Assembly (NCBI GenBank): GCA_013333285.2
Contig: JABCPF020000042.1
Location: forward strand, 12,302-76,301
Length of the DNA: 64,000 nt
DNA from: Prevotella sp.
GTDB lineage: Bacteria > Bacteroidota > Bacteroidia > Bacteroidales > Bacteroidaceae
Reading direction: 5' to 3'
The position numbers and the translations under genes are program-made. A model generated the notes under the pieces. The model was not told the DNA's origin, made no database searches, and worked only from the letters and a program-made list of their open reading frames with translations. Below are positions 20,965-30,676 of the stretch, one piece after another. The stretch's first letter is position 1. Every line of letters begins with the position of its first letter.

Positions 20965-22698
20965 ATGGAAATCAAAGAAAATACTGCAAATGAAGAAAAA
21001 CGAAGTATAAGCTTTGTTGAACAACTTGTAGAGGAAGACCTTGCTGAAGGTAAAAACGGCGGACGTATACAAACCCGATTCCCCCCAGAGCCAAACGGAT
21101 ATTTGCACATTGGTCATGCAAAGGCCATTTGTATGGACTTTGGTGTTGCTGAAAAATATAAAGGCATCTGTAATTTACGTTTTGATGATACCAATCCATC
21201 AAAAGAGAATAATGAGTATGTTGAAAATATTCTAAATGATATTCATTGGCTTGGTTTCGAATGGGGTGATATTTACTATGCTTCTGACTATTTTCAGAAG
21301 TTATGGGACTTTGCTGTTTGGTTGATTAAGAATGGACATGCTTATGTTGATGAGCAAACTGCTGAACAAATTGCTGAACAGAAAGGAACTCCAACAACAG
21401 CTGGTACAGCAAGCCCTTACAGAGACAGGCCTATCGATGAAAGTCTGCAGCTGTTTGAGCAAATGAATACGCCTGAAGCGGTAGAGGGTTCTATGGTGCT
21501 TCGCGCAAAGCTTGATATGGCAAACCCAAACATGCACTTCCGCGACCCAATCATTTATCGTATTATTCAAACTCCGCATCATCGCACAGGAACAAAGTGG
21601 CATTGCTATCCCATGTACGATTTTGCACACGGACAAAGCGACTATTTTGAAGGAGTAACCCACTCTATTTGTACACTCGAGTTCGTTCCTCATCGTCCAC
21701 TTTATGACAAGTTTGTTGATTTCTTGAAAGAATACGACGGAACTGCTGAACAAGGACTTAACGATTCTCGTCCTCGTCAGATTGAGTTCAATCGCCTTAA
21801 CCTAACTTATACCGTTATGTCAAAGCGCAAACTTCATACGCTTGTTGACGAAAAGTTGGTTAATGGTTGGGACGATCCACGCATGCCTACGTTGTGCGGA
21901 ATGAGACGTCGTGGCTATTCGCCCGAATCGGTAAAGAATTTTATTCGTTCGATAGGCTACACAAAATTTGATGCTCTAAACGATGTAGCCTTGCTTGAAG
22001 CAGCCGTTCGTGACGACTTAAACAAGAAAGCTATTCGTGTTTCAGCAGTTCTTGACCCTGTAAAATTAGTAATTACAAACTATCCTGAAGGTCAAACAGA
22101 AATGATGGAGGCTGTCAACAATCCTGAAGATGAGACAGCTGGCACACACGAAATTTTATTCTCGAAAGAGCTTTGGATTGAACGTGCCGACTTTATGGAG
22201 GACGCACCCAAGAAGTTCTTCCGCATGAGCCCGGGCAAAGAAGTGCGATTGAAGAATGCGTATATCGTAATGTGTACAGGGTGTACTAAGGACGCTGATG
22301 GCAATATTATAGAAATTCAAGCAGAATACGATCCTGAAAGCAAGAGCGGCATGCAAGGTTCTGACCGCAAAGTAAAGGGAACCCTCCACTGGGTAAATGC
22401 AAACGACTGTGTGAAAGCAGAAGTTCGCGAATACGACAGACTATTCTTTGTAGAGAACCCTGCAGCTGATGAGCGTGACTTTCACGAGCTTCTTAATCCT
22501 GATTCATTGCAGGTTCGTACGAACTGTTACGTTGAACCGTTTGCTGCTTCAATGCAACCTGGCCAGTATTTACAGTTCCAGCGAACAGGCTATTTTATGG
22601 CCGACCCAGATAGTAATTCGACTACTCCTATCTTCAATAAGACAGTAGGACTAAAGGATACTTGGGAAAACAGAACAAGAAATAACACATTATTTTGA
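20965..22698 (+). CDS. glnS: Glutamine--tRNA ligase
   Basis: TRFPPEPNGYLHIGHAKA (HIGH), VMSKRKL, GWDDPRMPT, QFQRTGYF. Confidence 0.97.
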   Translation: MEIKENTANEEKRSISFVEQLVEEDLAEGKNGGRIQTRFPPEPNGYLHIGHAKAICMDFGVAEKYKGICNLRFDDTNPSKENNEYVENILNDIHWLGFEWGDIYYASDYFQKLWDFAVWLIKNGHAYVDEQTAEQIAEQKGTPTTAGTASPYRDRPIDESLQLFEQMNTPEAVEGSMVLRAKLDMANPNMHFRDPIIYRIIQTPHHRTGTKWHCYPMYDFAHGQSDYFEGVTHSICTLEFVPHRPLYDKFVDFLKEYDGTAEQGLNDSRPRQIEFNRLNLTYTVMSKRKLHTLVDEKLVNGWDDPRMPTLCGMRRRGYSPESVKNFIRSIGYTKFDALNDVALLEAAVRDDLNKKAIRVSAVLDPVKLVITNYPEGQTEMMEAVNNPEDETAGTHEILFSKELWIERADFMEDAPKKFFRMSPGKEVRLKNAYIVMCTGCTKDADGNIIEIQAEYDPESKSGMQGSDRKVKGTLHWVNANDCVKAEVREYDRLFFVENPAADERDFHELLNPDSLQVRTNCYVEPFAASMQPGQYLQFQRTGYFMADPDSNSTTPIFNKTVGLKDTWENRTRNNTLF

Positions 22699-24152
22699 GC
22701 GATAACACCTTCCAAAGTAAGGAATTTAAAAATAATCTTGAAAGGTATGAGGCTGCCCACAATGCTGGTAAGCCGCTTTATCTTGACCCTGACGAGCTGA
22801 CCGATATTGCAGAATATTATCATCTGCACGGCCAGCTCGGCAAGGCTCTTGACGCTATTCATCTGGCTATTCAGATGTTCCCGGGCTCCACGCAGCCTTT
22901 AGCTTTCCGTGCCCGAGTAGCTATTCTCCTTGATAATAACGCAGAAGAAGCGATACATTATGCCGATCAGATAGAAGACAAAAGCGACCTTGACTACTAT
23001 TATATTATAGCAGAGATCATGATTGCTGGTGGAGATGACGATAAAGCCAATCGTTATCTAACCGAAAAAAGCGCAGAAATAAGCAACGAAGACATTGATG
23101 ACTATTATCTCGATGTGGCTACTCTTTTTGCTGATTATGACAATTTGACTATGGCAAAAAAGTGGCTTGCGCTTATGCATGATACAGATTCAGACGATTA
23201 TCATGAGCTACAAGGGCGCATTGCAATGAGTCAAGGCAACTTCACGGAGAGTGAACGCATCTTTAATAAGCTCATTGACCACGACCCTTATCACGCTCCT
23301 TATTGGAATCAACTGGCGTCAGCGCAGTATCTTCACAACGATGTTTCGTCGAGCATTGAGAGTAGCGACTTTTCGTTAGCGATTAATCCCGATGATGCCG
23401 ACGCCATTGTTAACAAGGCAAATGGGCTTGCTTTACTGGGCAAGTATACTGAAGCACTAAACTATTATAAGCGTTACAAGCAATTGCAACCCCACAGCGA
23501 GATAGGCGACATGGGCATTGCCACTGTTTTTATGGGCGAAAACAAGTTGGAAGATGCCCTTAAACATTGGAAGATAGCAGAAAAATTGTGTAACTCTCAA
23601 TCAGTTAACATGATTGACATCTTGCGAAATCAGTGTCTTGTTTCGGCTACATTAGGACATTTCGATGAAGCTTTCCAATGTATTAGTAAGCTTGAAAGCA
23701 TTGCTGGCACAAGCCATCCTGACGTTCATATCATCAAAGGCTATATCCATTTACTTAACAATCAAACTGAAGAAGCAAACATTTGCTTCAACAAGGCTAT
23801 AAATGAGAGTAGTGACCAAGAGAAGAATCGTGCACTTTTCTTTATTGCATATTGTTATTACGATTGCGGAATCATGCAAAAAGCGCATAATATCATGCGA
23901 CTGATTAGCCAATCAGAGCAAGCCGAACAGTTCCCAGACCTATGGCTTTATTTGTCGGTAACTGATTACGAACTTGGCCTACAAGCCGATTTTACACATG
24001 ATATCGCTAAGGCAATTGCAAAAAATCCCCAAGAAGTTAGAAGCGAATTCCACGAATATTTCCCCCATCATCTCACAGACGATGAGCTTCTACCCTTCGT
24101 TAATTCACACCCCATTACCGATAAGAATAACCCATTAACCCCACAAAAATAA
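22695..24152 (+). CDS. Tetratricopeptide repeat protein
   Basis: Multiple TPR-like helical repeats; TTG start overlaps the glnS stop (TTGA). Confidence 0.8.
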   Translation: MSDNTFQSKEFKNNLERYEAAHNAGKPLYLDPDELTDIAEYYHLHGQLGKALDAIHLAIQMFPGSTQPLAFRARVAILLDNNAEEAIHYADQIEDKSDLDYYYIIAEIMIAGGDDDKANRYLTEKSAEISNEDIDDYYLDVATLFADYDNLTMAKKWLALMHDTDSDDYHELQGRIAMSQGNFTESERIFNKLIDHDPYHAPYWNQLASAQYLHNDVSSSIESSDFSLAINPDDADAIVNKANGLALLGKYTEALNYYKRYKQLQPHSEIGDMGIATVFMGENKLEDALKHWKIAEKLCNSQSVNMIDILRNQCLVSATLGHFDEAFQCISKLESIAGTSHPDVHIIKGYIHLLNNQTEEANICFNKAINESSDQEKNRALFFIAYCYYDCGIMQKAHNIMRLISQSEQAEQFPDLWLYLSVTDYELGLQADFTHDIAKAIAKNPQEVRSEFHEYFPHHLTDDELLPFVNSHPITDKNNPLTPQK

Positions 24153-24157
24153 AAGAC

Positions 24158-24823
24158 ATGAACATTTTTTCTACTCTGTTGGACAATTTGAATTATGCCA
24201 CAATTTTCTTTCTTATGCTGCTTGAGAGCACTGTTATACCTGTGCCTTCCGAGCTTGTTGTATCGCCAGCAGCCTATCATGCCGCCAATGGCAACCTCGA
24301 TATCTTCCTTGTTATTCTCTTCGCTACACTTGGAGCTGACGTTGGCGCTTCAATAAACTATCTTGCAGGCCACTATCTTGGACGCCCAATCATTTATCGA
24401 TTTGCTAATAGTAAGTTCGGAAAGCTATGTATGCTTAATCAGAAAAAGGTTGAGCAAAGCGAAGCTTATTTCAACAATCACGGAATGATCGCTACTATTA
24501 CAGGTCGACTTCTCCCTGGCATACGCCACCTTATTTCCATTCCTGCTGGTCTGGCGAAGATGAATTACTGGAAATTTCTACTTTACACTACGATAGGTGC
24601 AGGCTGCTGGCATACCATTCTTGCCGTATTGGGTTGGTATCTTCATTCTATCGTTCCAGAGTCGGAGTTAGATAATAAAATCATGGAGTATGGTGAATAT
24701 ATTAAGATTATAGCCCTCGCGCTTCTTTCTATTGCCATCGTTTACTTCCTTGTAAAGTGGTATATTAAGCGTCGTCGCACAACCGAAATAAAATCTTTAG
24801 AAAATAACAAAGAGGAAAAGTAA
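24158..24823 (+). CDS. DedA family membrane protein
   Basis: LESTVIPVPSE, GRLLPGIRHLISIPAG. Confidence 0.92.
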   Translation: MNIFSTLLDNLNYATIFFLMLLESTVIPVPSELVVSPAAYHAANGNLDIFLVILFATLGADVGASINYLAGHYLGRPIIYRFANSKFGKLCMLNQKKVEQSEAYFNNHGMIATITGRLLPGIRHLISIPAGLAKMNYWKFLLYTTIGAGCWHTILAVLGWYLHSIVPESELDNKIMEYGEYIKIIALALLSIAIVYFLVKWYIKRRRTTEIKSLENNKEEK

Positions 24824-24934
24824 GATTTATACACCTTGAATAGTTCTTCTATCAGATAATAATAAACTCCACAATAAGGTTTATAGTATAAACAACTTTC
24901 CACATAACACCTCAAGATTATTCCACATTCAATG

Positions 24935-24968
24935 AAGCATTGGGCAATAAATCGCTCAATGCTTTTTT
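24935..24968 (+). terminator. Intrinsic terminator after dedA
   Basis: AAGCATTGGGC/GCTCAATGCTT hairpin followed by a T-run. Confidence 0.7.
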
Positions 24969-25046
24969 GTTTTGTAGAGTAAATGTAAAAGAGGACATAA
25001 AACAAAATCTTTTACATGGTACGTCAACTATTCTGTAAATAATATG

Positions 25047-25054
25047 TATATTTG
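25047..25054 (+). promoter_or_regulatory. -7 promoter element
   Basis: TATATTTG upstream of the kinase gene. Confidence 0.55.
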
Positions 25055-25136
25055 TGCTGGAAACAGAGCAGATACAACATCATGTTCCTTGTTTATCAGT
25101 TCTAAAAACTATCCTTACACCTAAAAATAAATCTAT

Positions 25137-26234
25137 ATGACTGAAAATGAGTTAAAGCATATCGCCGAGCAATTCTCCCTTCAAGGTACTATCAAAGACA
25201 TTAAACCGATAGGAAACGGACTTATTAACGAAACGCTGCGTGTCACAACAGCCGAAGACCATTGTCCCGACTACATTTTACAGCGCATCAATCACGCCGT
25301 TTTCACCGATGTTGACTTGTTACAACATAACATCGAACTGGTCACAAACCATATTCGCACAAAGCTACAGGCGTGCCAAGAACAGGATATTGACCGCAAA
25401 TGTCTCCGCTTTATAAGCACCGCTAACGGCCAAACCTATTACCATGATGCCCAAAACGGCTTCTGGCGTATGAGCCTTTTTATTCCAAATGCTATCACAA
25501 AGGAAGAAGTAAATCATGATAGTGCTTTCTGCTGTGGCCAAACGTTTGGAAACTTTGAGCAAATGCTCGTTGACCTACAAGAGCCACTTGGCGAGACTAT
25601 TCCGAACTTTCATAATATGGAATTGCGCCTGATGCAGTTGCGCGAAGCCGTAGAAGCTGACAAGGTAGCACGCGTAAGTACTGTTAGTGATATGCTTAAC
25701 GCCCTTAGCCGAGATGCTAACGACATGTGCCTTGCCGAACAACTTTACCGTCAAGGCGCGCTTCCGAAGCGTATTTGTCACTGCGATACCAAAGTAAATA
25801 ATATGATGTTCGACGAAAACGACAAAGTATTATGCGTGATAGATTTAGATACTGTCATGCCGAGTTTTGTATTTTCGGATTATGGTGACTTCCTACGCAC
25901 GGGGGCAAACTTTGTTGCAGAAGACTGCGATCAATATGAATCAGTAGGCCTCAACGAAGAAATATTCTGTGCTTTTACCGAAGGTTATCTCAGCTCTGCG
26001 GCACCTTTCCTCACCCCTATCGAAGTAAACCACCTGCCTTATGCCGTAGCTCTATTCCCTTATATGCAATGTGTGCGCTTCCTAACCGACTATATCAATG
26101 GCGATATCTATTATAAAACCGCTTACTCTGAACATAATTTGGTGCGTGCGCGAAACCAAATGCTGCTTTATCAAGACGTACGACGCCATGATAAAATGAT
26201 GACAGAGTTTGTTCAAAAAACCGTAAAACAATGA
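25137..26234 (+). CDS. APH-fold phosphotransferase, N-acetylhexosamine 1-kinase/MdsC-like
   Basis: GNGLINET, YILQRIN, HCDTKVNN, VIDLDTVMP, RFLTDY, HNLVRARNQ. Confidence 0.85.
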   Translation: MTENELKHIAEQFSLQGTIKDIKPIGNGLINETLRVTTAEDHCPDYILQRINHAVFTDVDLLQHNIELVTNHIRTKLQACQEQDIDRKCLRFISTANGQTYYHDAQNGFWRMSLFIPNAITKEEVNHDSAFCCGQTFGNFEQMLVDLQEPLGETIPNFHNMELRLMQLREAVEADKVARVSTVSDMLNALSRDANDMCLAEQLYRQGALPKRICHCDTKVNNMMFDENDKVLCVIDLDTVMPSFVFSDYGDFLRTGANFVAEDCDQYESVGLNEEIFCAFTEGYLSSAAPFLTPIEVNHLPYAVALFPYMQCVRFLTDYINGDIYYKTAYSEHNLVRARNQMLLYQDVRRHDKMMTEFVQKTVKQ

Positions 26235-26884
26235 GACAAATTGAAGTTTCTTCTATCCAAAACAAGCTACTGAGTGCCGCAGATATACCTGCACACTTTG
26301 AAAAAGAAAACATAACATACCACAAAATCAACATAGCAAACTGGGCTGATAAATATCCTTACTGTCCGAACGTTGAATTTGCAATAGCCCATCAAAACGA
26401 TGCCATATTGCTTCACTATCGTGTTGAGGAAAACAGTCCTCGAGCAACAGTAGCCAACGACTTAGGTAACGTTTGGGAAGACTCATGTTGCGAGTTCTTT
26501 TTTAGCCTTAACACCGATACTGATTACTACAACCTCGAGAGCAATTGTATAGGTAAAGTGCTTCTGTGTAACGGCAAAGAACGCGACAATCGCACGCAAG
26601 CCCCAACAAACATACTCAACCAAATAAACCGTTGGGCATCGTTAGGGCGCAAACCTTTCGGACAATGCGAAGGACAACAACTATGGCAACTCGCATTAAT
26701 TATTCCTGTCAGTGCATTCTTCCATCATCATATAGAAACCCTTTCGGGCCAAATACTACGTGCCAATTTCTACAAATGCGGTGACAAAACACCCCAACCC
26801 CACTTCCTTTCATGGAATGAAATAAATATTCCTTCGCCTGATTTTCATCGCCCCGACTTCTTTGGGCAACTCACTTTCTTATAA
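26231..26884 (+). CDS. Carbohydrate-binding family 9-like protein
   Basis: VWEDSCCEFF, YYNLESN, ANFYKCGD, PHFLSW, PDFHRPDFFG. Confidence 0.85.
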   Translation: MRQIEVSSIQNKLLSAADIPAHFEKENITYHKINIANWADKYPYCPNVEFAIAHQNDAILLHYRVEENSPRATVANDLGNVWEDSCCEFFFSLNTDTDYYNLESNCIGKVLLCNGKERDNRTQAPTNILNQINRWASLGRKPFGQCEGQQLWQLALIIPVSAFFHHHIETLSGQILRANFYKCGDKTPQPHFLSWNEINIPSPDFHRPDFFGQLTFL

Positions 26885-27025
26885 CAAACAGAACAGCAAA
26901 TTAGCTTTCCATATTATCAGTATATAATACTGCTATTATCAAAGAATAAAAATGTATATAAAATTATTACATCATAATAGTTAATTTCTTATTATCTCAT
27001 ACTCTATTTACACTGTAATACAGGT

Positions 27026-27115
27026 TGTATGGCGGCCGTCGTACGCGCGTACTGCAGCCGTAGTACAATCTGTATGGCGACCGTCGTACACATCATTCTA
27101 CGGCCGCCACACCAT
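27026..27115. repeat. Intergenic ~90-bp element, copy 2
   Basis: Cores at 27033, 27055 (CAGCCG), 27078 (CGACCG), 27101. Confidence 0.85.
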
Positions 27116-27162
27116 CAGTATAACGTAAGAAAAGGACTACGATTATGCCCTATATAAAGCAA

Positions 27163-27199
27163 GATCCCTTGCAAAACACGCGGTGTTTTGCAAGGGATC
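27163..27199 (-). terminator. Terminator hairpin of the SusC/SusD cluster
   Basis: Perfect 17-bp arms GATCCCTTGCAAAACAC/GTGTTTTGCAAGGGATC. Confidence 0.75.
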
Positions 27200-27247
27200 A
27201 GTCAATGAAATGCCACTAAGGACACTCATTTCATAAAAGCAGATATT

Positions 27248-28366
27248 TTATTTTACTACTTTCTTTCCGTTAACAATTACAAGCCCCTTATAACCGTTAC
27301 CAACACGTTGGCCCGAAAGATTGTAACGTTTCTGTACAGTATTACCAGAAACAACAACACCCTCAACACCTAACGTTACACCGTCCGTATCCTTAATGTT
27401 TTTAGCATCTTCGCCCGACAGGTTTAAGGCTGTAGCATAAGCAGCCACAGTGCCAGCAGGAACAGTGATAATTGCACGCTTTAAAGCCGAAGCAAGCATC
27501 CACTGACTGCCGAACGTTGGGGGCACAGCGCCAAGGAATGTCATCTTAGTTACCTTTGAAAGGTTTAAGGCTTTATTACCGATAGTTTTTAAAGTAGCAG
27601 GAAAAACAACTGTAGTTACCTTAGCACTCTGCAAACTGCTTTCATCAAAATTTTCGATTGCGGTCTCGCTAAAGTCAAGTGTTCCTGCATCACCCGATTG
27701 TTTTGCTATATTAAGAAAAGCGCGATTACCCACAGTTTGCAGCGAAGTGCAGCCTTTAAGGTTAACGCTTGTCACGAAATAATCGTTACAAAAAGCTCTC
27801 TCGCCCAACATAATCAGTGATGAACAACCCTCAAGAGAGATGGTCTTAATGTCCGTCCAGTAGAAAGCATAAGCATCAATTGTTTGCAAAGCTACGAGGC
27901 CAGCGAGGTTTGCTTCTTGCAGATGGCTTTGGCTAAAAGCGTTAGTACGAATCTGCTGTAGGCTCTTACAGTTAGAGAAATCAACGGTAAACCCTTTTAC
28001 TTTTTGCCCTTCAAAAGCACTCTTACCAATTTCAACAATGCTTGATGGCAATACTATTTTTGACAGAACATTATCTTCCTTAAAAATGCTATCAGGCAAA
28101 ACATGGTCGGCATACAACACACGGCCTACTGTTTCCTCAGCAATTGTAACGTCCTTGATATTGAGTTGCTTGACATGATTGCGAAGATAGTGCAAATCAC
28201 TTCTATTGATTGATCCTGTTAATGTGAGGTCGTCAATTACACGACCTGTAGTATCGACAAGTGTTTTCAAAGTACCTGCCGTAGCAACATGAACCGTTTC
28301 AGCCTGAACGAATGACGTAAAGCTGACAAAAGCACATAAGAGTAATGATTTAAATTTCATACGCAT
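27248..28366 (-). CDS. BspA-type leucine-rich repeat surface protein with T9SS-like C-terminal domain
   Basis: Signal peptide; LRR_5-like repeats (LPSSIVEIGKSAF, LQTVGNRAF, FPATLKTIGNKAL); C-terminus YNLSGQRV...IVNGKKVVK. Confidence 0.85.
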   Translation of the reverse strand: MRMKFKSLLLCAFVSFTSFVQAETVHVATAGTLKTLVDTTGRVIDDLTLTGSINRSDLHYLRNHVKQLNIKDVTIAEETVGRVLYADHVLPDSIFKEDNVLSKIVLPSSIVEIGKSAFEGQKVKGFTVDFSNCKSLQQIRTNAFSQSHLQEANLAGLVALQTIDAYAFYWTDIKTISLEGCSSLIMLGERAFCNDYFVTSVNLKGCTSLQTVGNRAFLNIAKQSGDAGTLDFSETAIENFDESSLQSAKVTTVVFPATLKTIGNKALNLSKVTKMTFLGAVPPTFGSQWMLASALKRAIITVPAGTVAAYATALNLSGEDAKNIKDTDGVTLGVEGVVVSGNTVQKRYNLSGQRVGNGYKGLVIVNGKKVVK

Positions 28367-28427
28367 AGTTTAAAATAAGCCTTTTTTATAATTAAATTTT
28401 ATGTAATATATTTTATTAGATGCTGTG

Positions 28428-29942
28428 TTATAAGCACTTGCTAAACCAGGTAACGCGACCCGGAATAATATCAGTGTACTGACGAATAAGCGCTCCTGAC
28501 ACCGTGTTGAACACGTAGAGAGAGGACGTGTTTTTGCTACGATTGTACAGCAAAGCCACTGTAAGGTAATCTTCATCGCGCAAGCCCGACCCTGTTATTT
28601 GCGGAAGCACGTCAACAACCTCATATTCACTACCGAAGGTTAGCAGCTTACGGGCTGAAGACGGCTGAAATTGAGTCATCTCATAATAATCGAAACGGTA
28701 AACCGAATTGTCCTGAAGATAGAAGCCATAGTTCTCACCGAATGAGCCCCACCATAGTTTTACGCTATTGGCAAAGGTGGCATCAATATCCATTATTTGC
28801 ACCAACGCAGCGGGTTGCACCACACGATTGACATACTTCACGAGGAATTGATACATCTTATACTGCGCACCTTGCTTGCCAATTAAGTAAACATGGTACG
28901 ACTGATTAGAGCCTAAGCCTGTGGCTTCAGTAAAGCAACCCACCAACGAATCAAGCTGAAGGGTTTGTCCACTCACCTGAACCCACTGCATTTCATCGTT
29001 ATAAACATGGTAGCAACCTACGCGACCATCGTCGTGAAGCACAAAGGTGATTTTCTTAAAACGCTGAAATTGCTTGCTCGATATGGCTTGTTTCACATTT
29101 CTGCTTTTCACGAACGTTTGCTCATTGTAGATAGGGAGTTTGCGGTCAAGACCGTTAAACACGTACAATACCTTATTCATAACAAGGTATTTAGAGGCTC
29201 CGTAACCAAAGATTATATCGCGAAAACGGAGGTTTTGCGCTATTCCTTTATATACAGAACCCTTAACCGTGCCCGTGTATTCGCCCAGCTGATAAGGAAA
29301 TCCGCCTTGTGGGTCAGCATTTTTCATGCTTATTGTGCGACCGTAATCGTCAGCATGATCGGTGAATATAGCCAGTTCGTTGGTTGAATATAATGCTCCG
29401 CTGTAATTGCCACGCAAAGGTTCGGCAGGACTGATACGCGAAATCATATCATCAAACCATCGGGTAAAACCGTTGGGAGTGCCTTGAAGCGATATCCATT
29501 CAATACGTCCGTCACCCTTTTCATACACAGCAACATAGGAGGGCGTGTAGTTACTAAGCACTTTAAACGCAAATGTCTGTCTGAATTCCAGTCCGTTTTG
29601 TTTATTGCGCACAACGAAAGTACCGGGTATTTCGCCTGCCATGCTATAGCCTGCTGGCAAATTAACCTGCCACTCCAGATTGCGTTCACGACTAATTACC
29701 ATGCTTTTGCCTATCACCCAACGATATTCGTACACCGTTGTATCAGCTCCTTCGCTAAAGCTTACTATAGGTTTCAGGCGCAGAGTATCGCCTTGATACA
29801 GCGTGTAATCGTCGGCCGAAATTCCCTCAACACCCGTAACCTGCTGCAGATTCTGGTAAGCTTCGCGGTCCTTACCGCCATAACAAGACAACAGAAGAAG
29901 CGAAAATAGGGCCTGAAAAGTGAAGTATATAATCTTTCGCAT
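28428..29942 (-). CDS. PKD-like family lipoprotein
   Basis: Lipobox LLSC; N-terminal Ig/PKD-like segment (GDTLRLKP..YEYRW); typical position after DUF4843. Confidence 0.7.
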   Translation of the reverse strand: MRKIIYFTFQALFSLLLLSCYGGKDREAYQNLQQVTGVEGISADDYTLYQGDTLRLKPIVSFSEGADTTVYEYRWVIGKSMVISRERNLEWQVNLPAGYSMAGEIPGTFVVRNKQNGLEFRQTFAFKVLSNYTPSYVAVYEKGDGRIEWISLQGTPNGFTRWFDDMISRISPAEPLRGNYSGALYSTNELAIFTDHADDYGRTISMKNADPQGGFPYQLGEYTGTVKGSVYKGIAQNLRFRDIIFGYGASKYLVMNKVLYVFNGLDRKLPIYNEQTFVKSRNVKQAISSKQFQRFKKITFVLHDDGRVGCYHVYNDEMQWVQVSGQTLQLDSLVGCFTEATGLGSNQSYHVYLIGKQGAQYKMYQFLVKYVNRVVQPAALVQIMDIDATFANSVKLWWGSFGENYGFYLQDNSVYRFDYYEMTQFQPSSARKLLTFGSEYEVVDVLPQITGSGLRDEDYLTVALLYNRSKNTSSLYVFNTVSGALIRQYTDIIPGRVTWFSKCL

Positions 29943-29947
29943 AGCTT

Positions 29948-30676
29948 TTACTCAAAATAAATACGGTTTCCGTTTGCATCATATTCAGCATGTTGCTCAA
30001 AATATTGCTTGCAAATACTAATCCAATAATCTAATATTCCCGTAGTCCCATCATCAGTCCAGTCGGGGCTTGTAATACCACTAACTTCAAGGAATACAGC
30101 ACATTTGCGTGCTGAATATGTAATGCGGCGTAGCTTGCTATTGTTATTCCACAATGGAGGTGCAGTGCTAAGATTCTTGGTAAAGCTAATATCAACATAC
30201 TGATATTGAGCCTGTCCTACCCCGAAATCGGCATTAGGAACAAGCGCAATACGCATTTTGTAGTTGGTTGTATCGCTCATTGCCGCAACGTGTATGGTGA
30301 CATGTAAACTGTCTTGCCACATACCGCGACGAAAAATCTGTTCACGATTAAAGGTGTAAACGGCAGGAACAAGTCCATGACTGACCGAATCGACAATGGC
30401 AATTTGATAGCGTCGGTCGTGAATCGTATCAACAACACCTTGAAGTCGCACAGGAATATTAAGCACATAATCAGTAACTCGGCCACCAAGAAAATAAGCA
30501 TTGAACGCATATTCTTCAGGATAGTCGGCAACTCTACCAAACACAGAGCCTTTGGCGATGTTCAAAGCCGATCGTGATGTGTCGTAAAGCTCAAGCTTTT
30601 GCTCACTGCACGATACCGTAAAGGTTATTATAACGGCAAAAACAAAGGCCGTAATCCATTTATTTATTTTGCCCAT
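29948..30676 (-). CDS. DUF4843-like lipoprotein
   Basis: Start placed at MGKINKW (30676); lipobox TVSC; IPVRLQG..DRRY, LVPNADF, PPLW, ends DANGNRIYFE. Confidence 0.7.
   Translation of the reverse strand: MGKINKWITAFVFAVIITFTVSCSEQKLELYDTSRSALNIAKGSVFGRVADYPEEYAFNAYFLGGRVTDYVLNIPVRLQGVVDTIHDRRYQIAIVDSVSHGLVPAVYTFNREQIFRRGMWQDSLHVTIHVAAMSDTTNYKMRIALVPNADFGVGQAQYQYVDISFTKNLSTAPPLWNNNSKLRRITYSARKCAVFLEVSGITSPDWTDDGTTGILDYWISICKQYFEQHAEYDANGNRIYFE

Noticed and set aside
24865..24927. Three TCCACA motifs resembling DnaA boxes, near the switch in coding strand at 27 kb
   Set aside because: Each has two or more mismatches to TTATCCACA and no origin-associated genes are nearby; the strand switch is explained by two long minus-strand operons.
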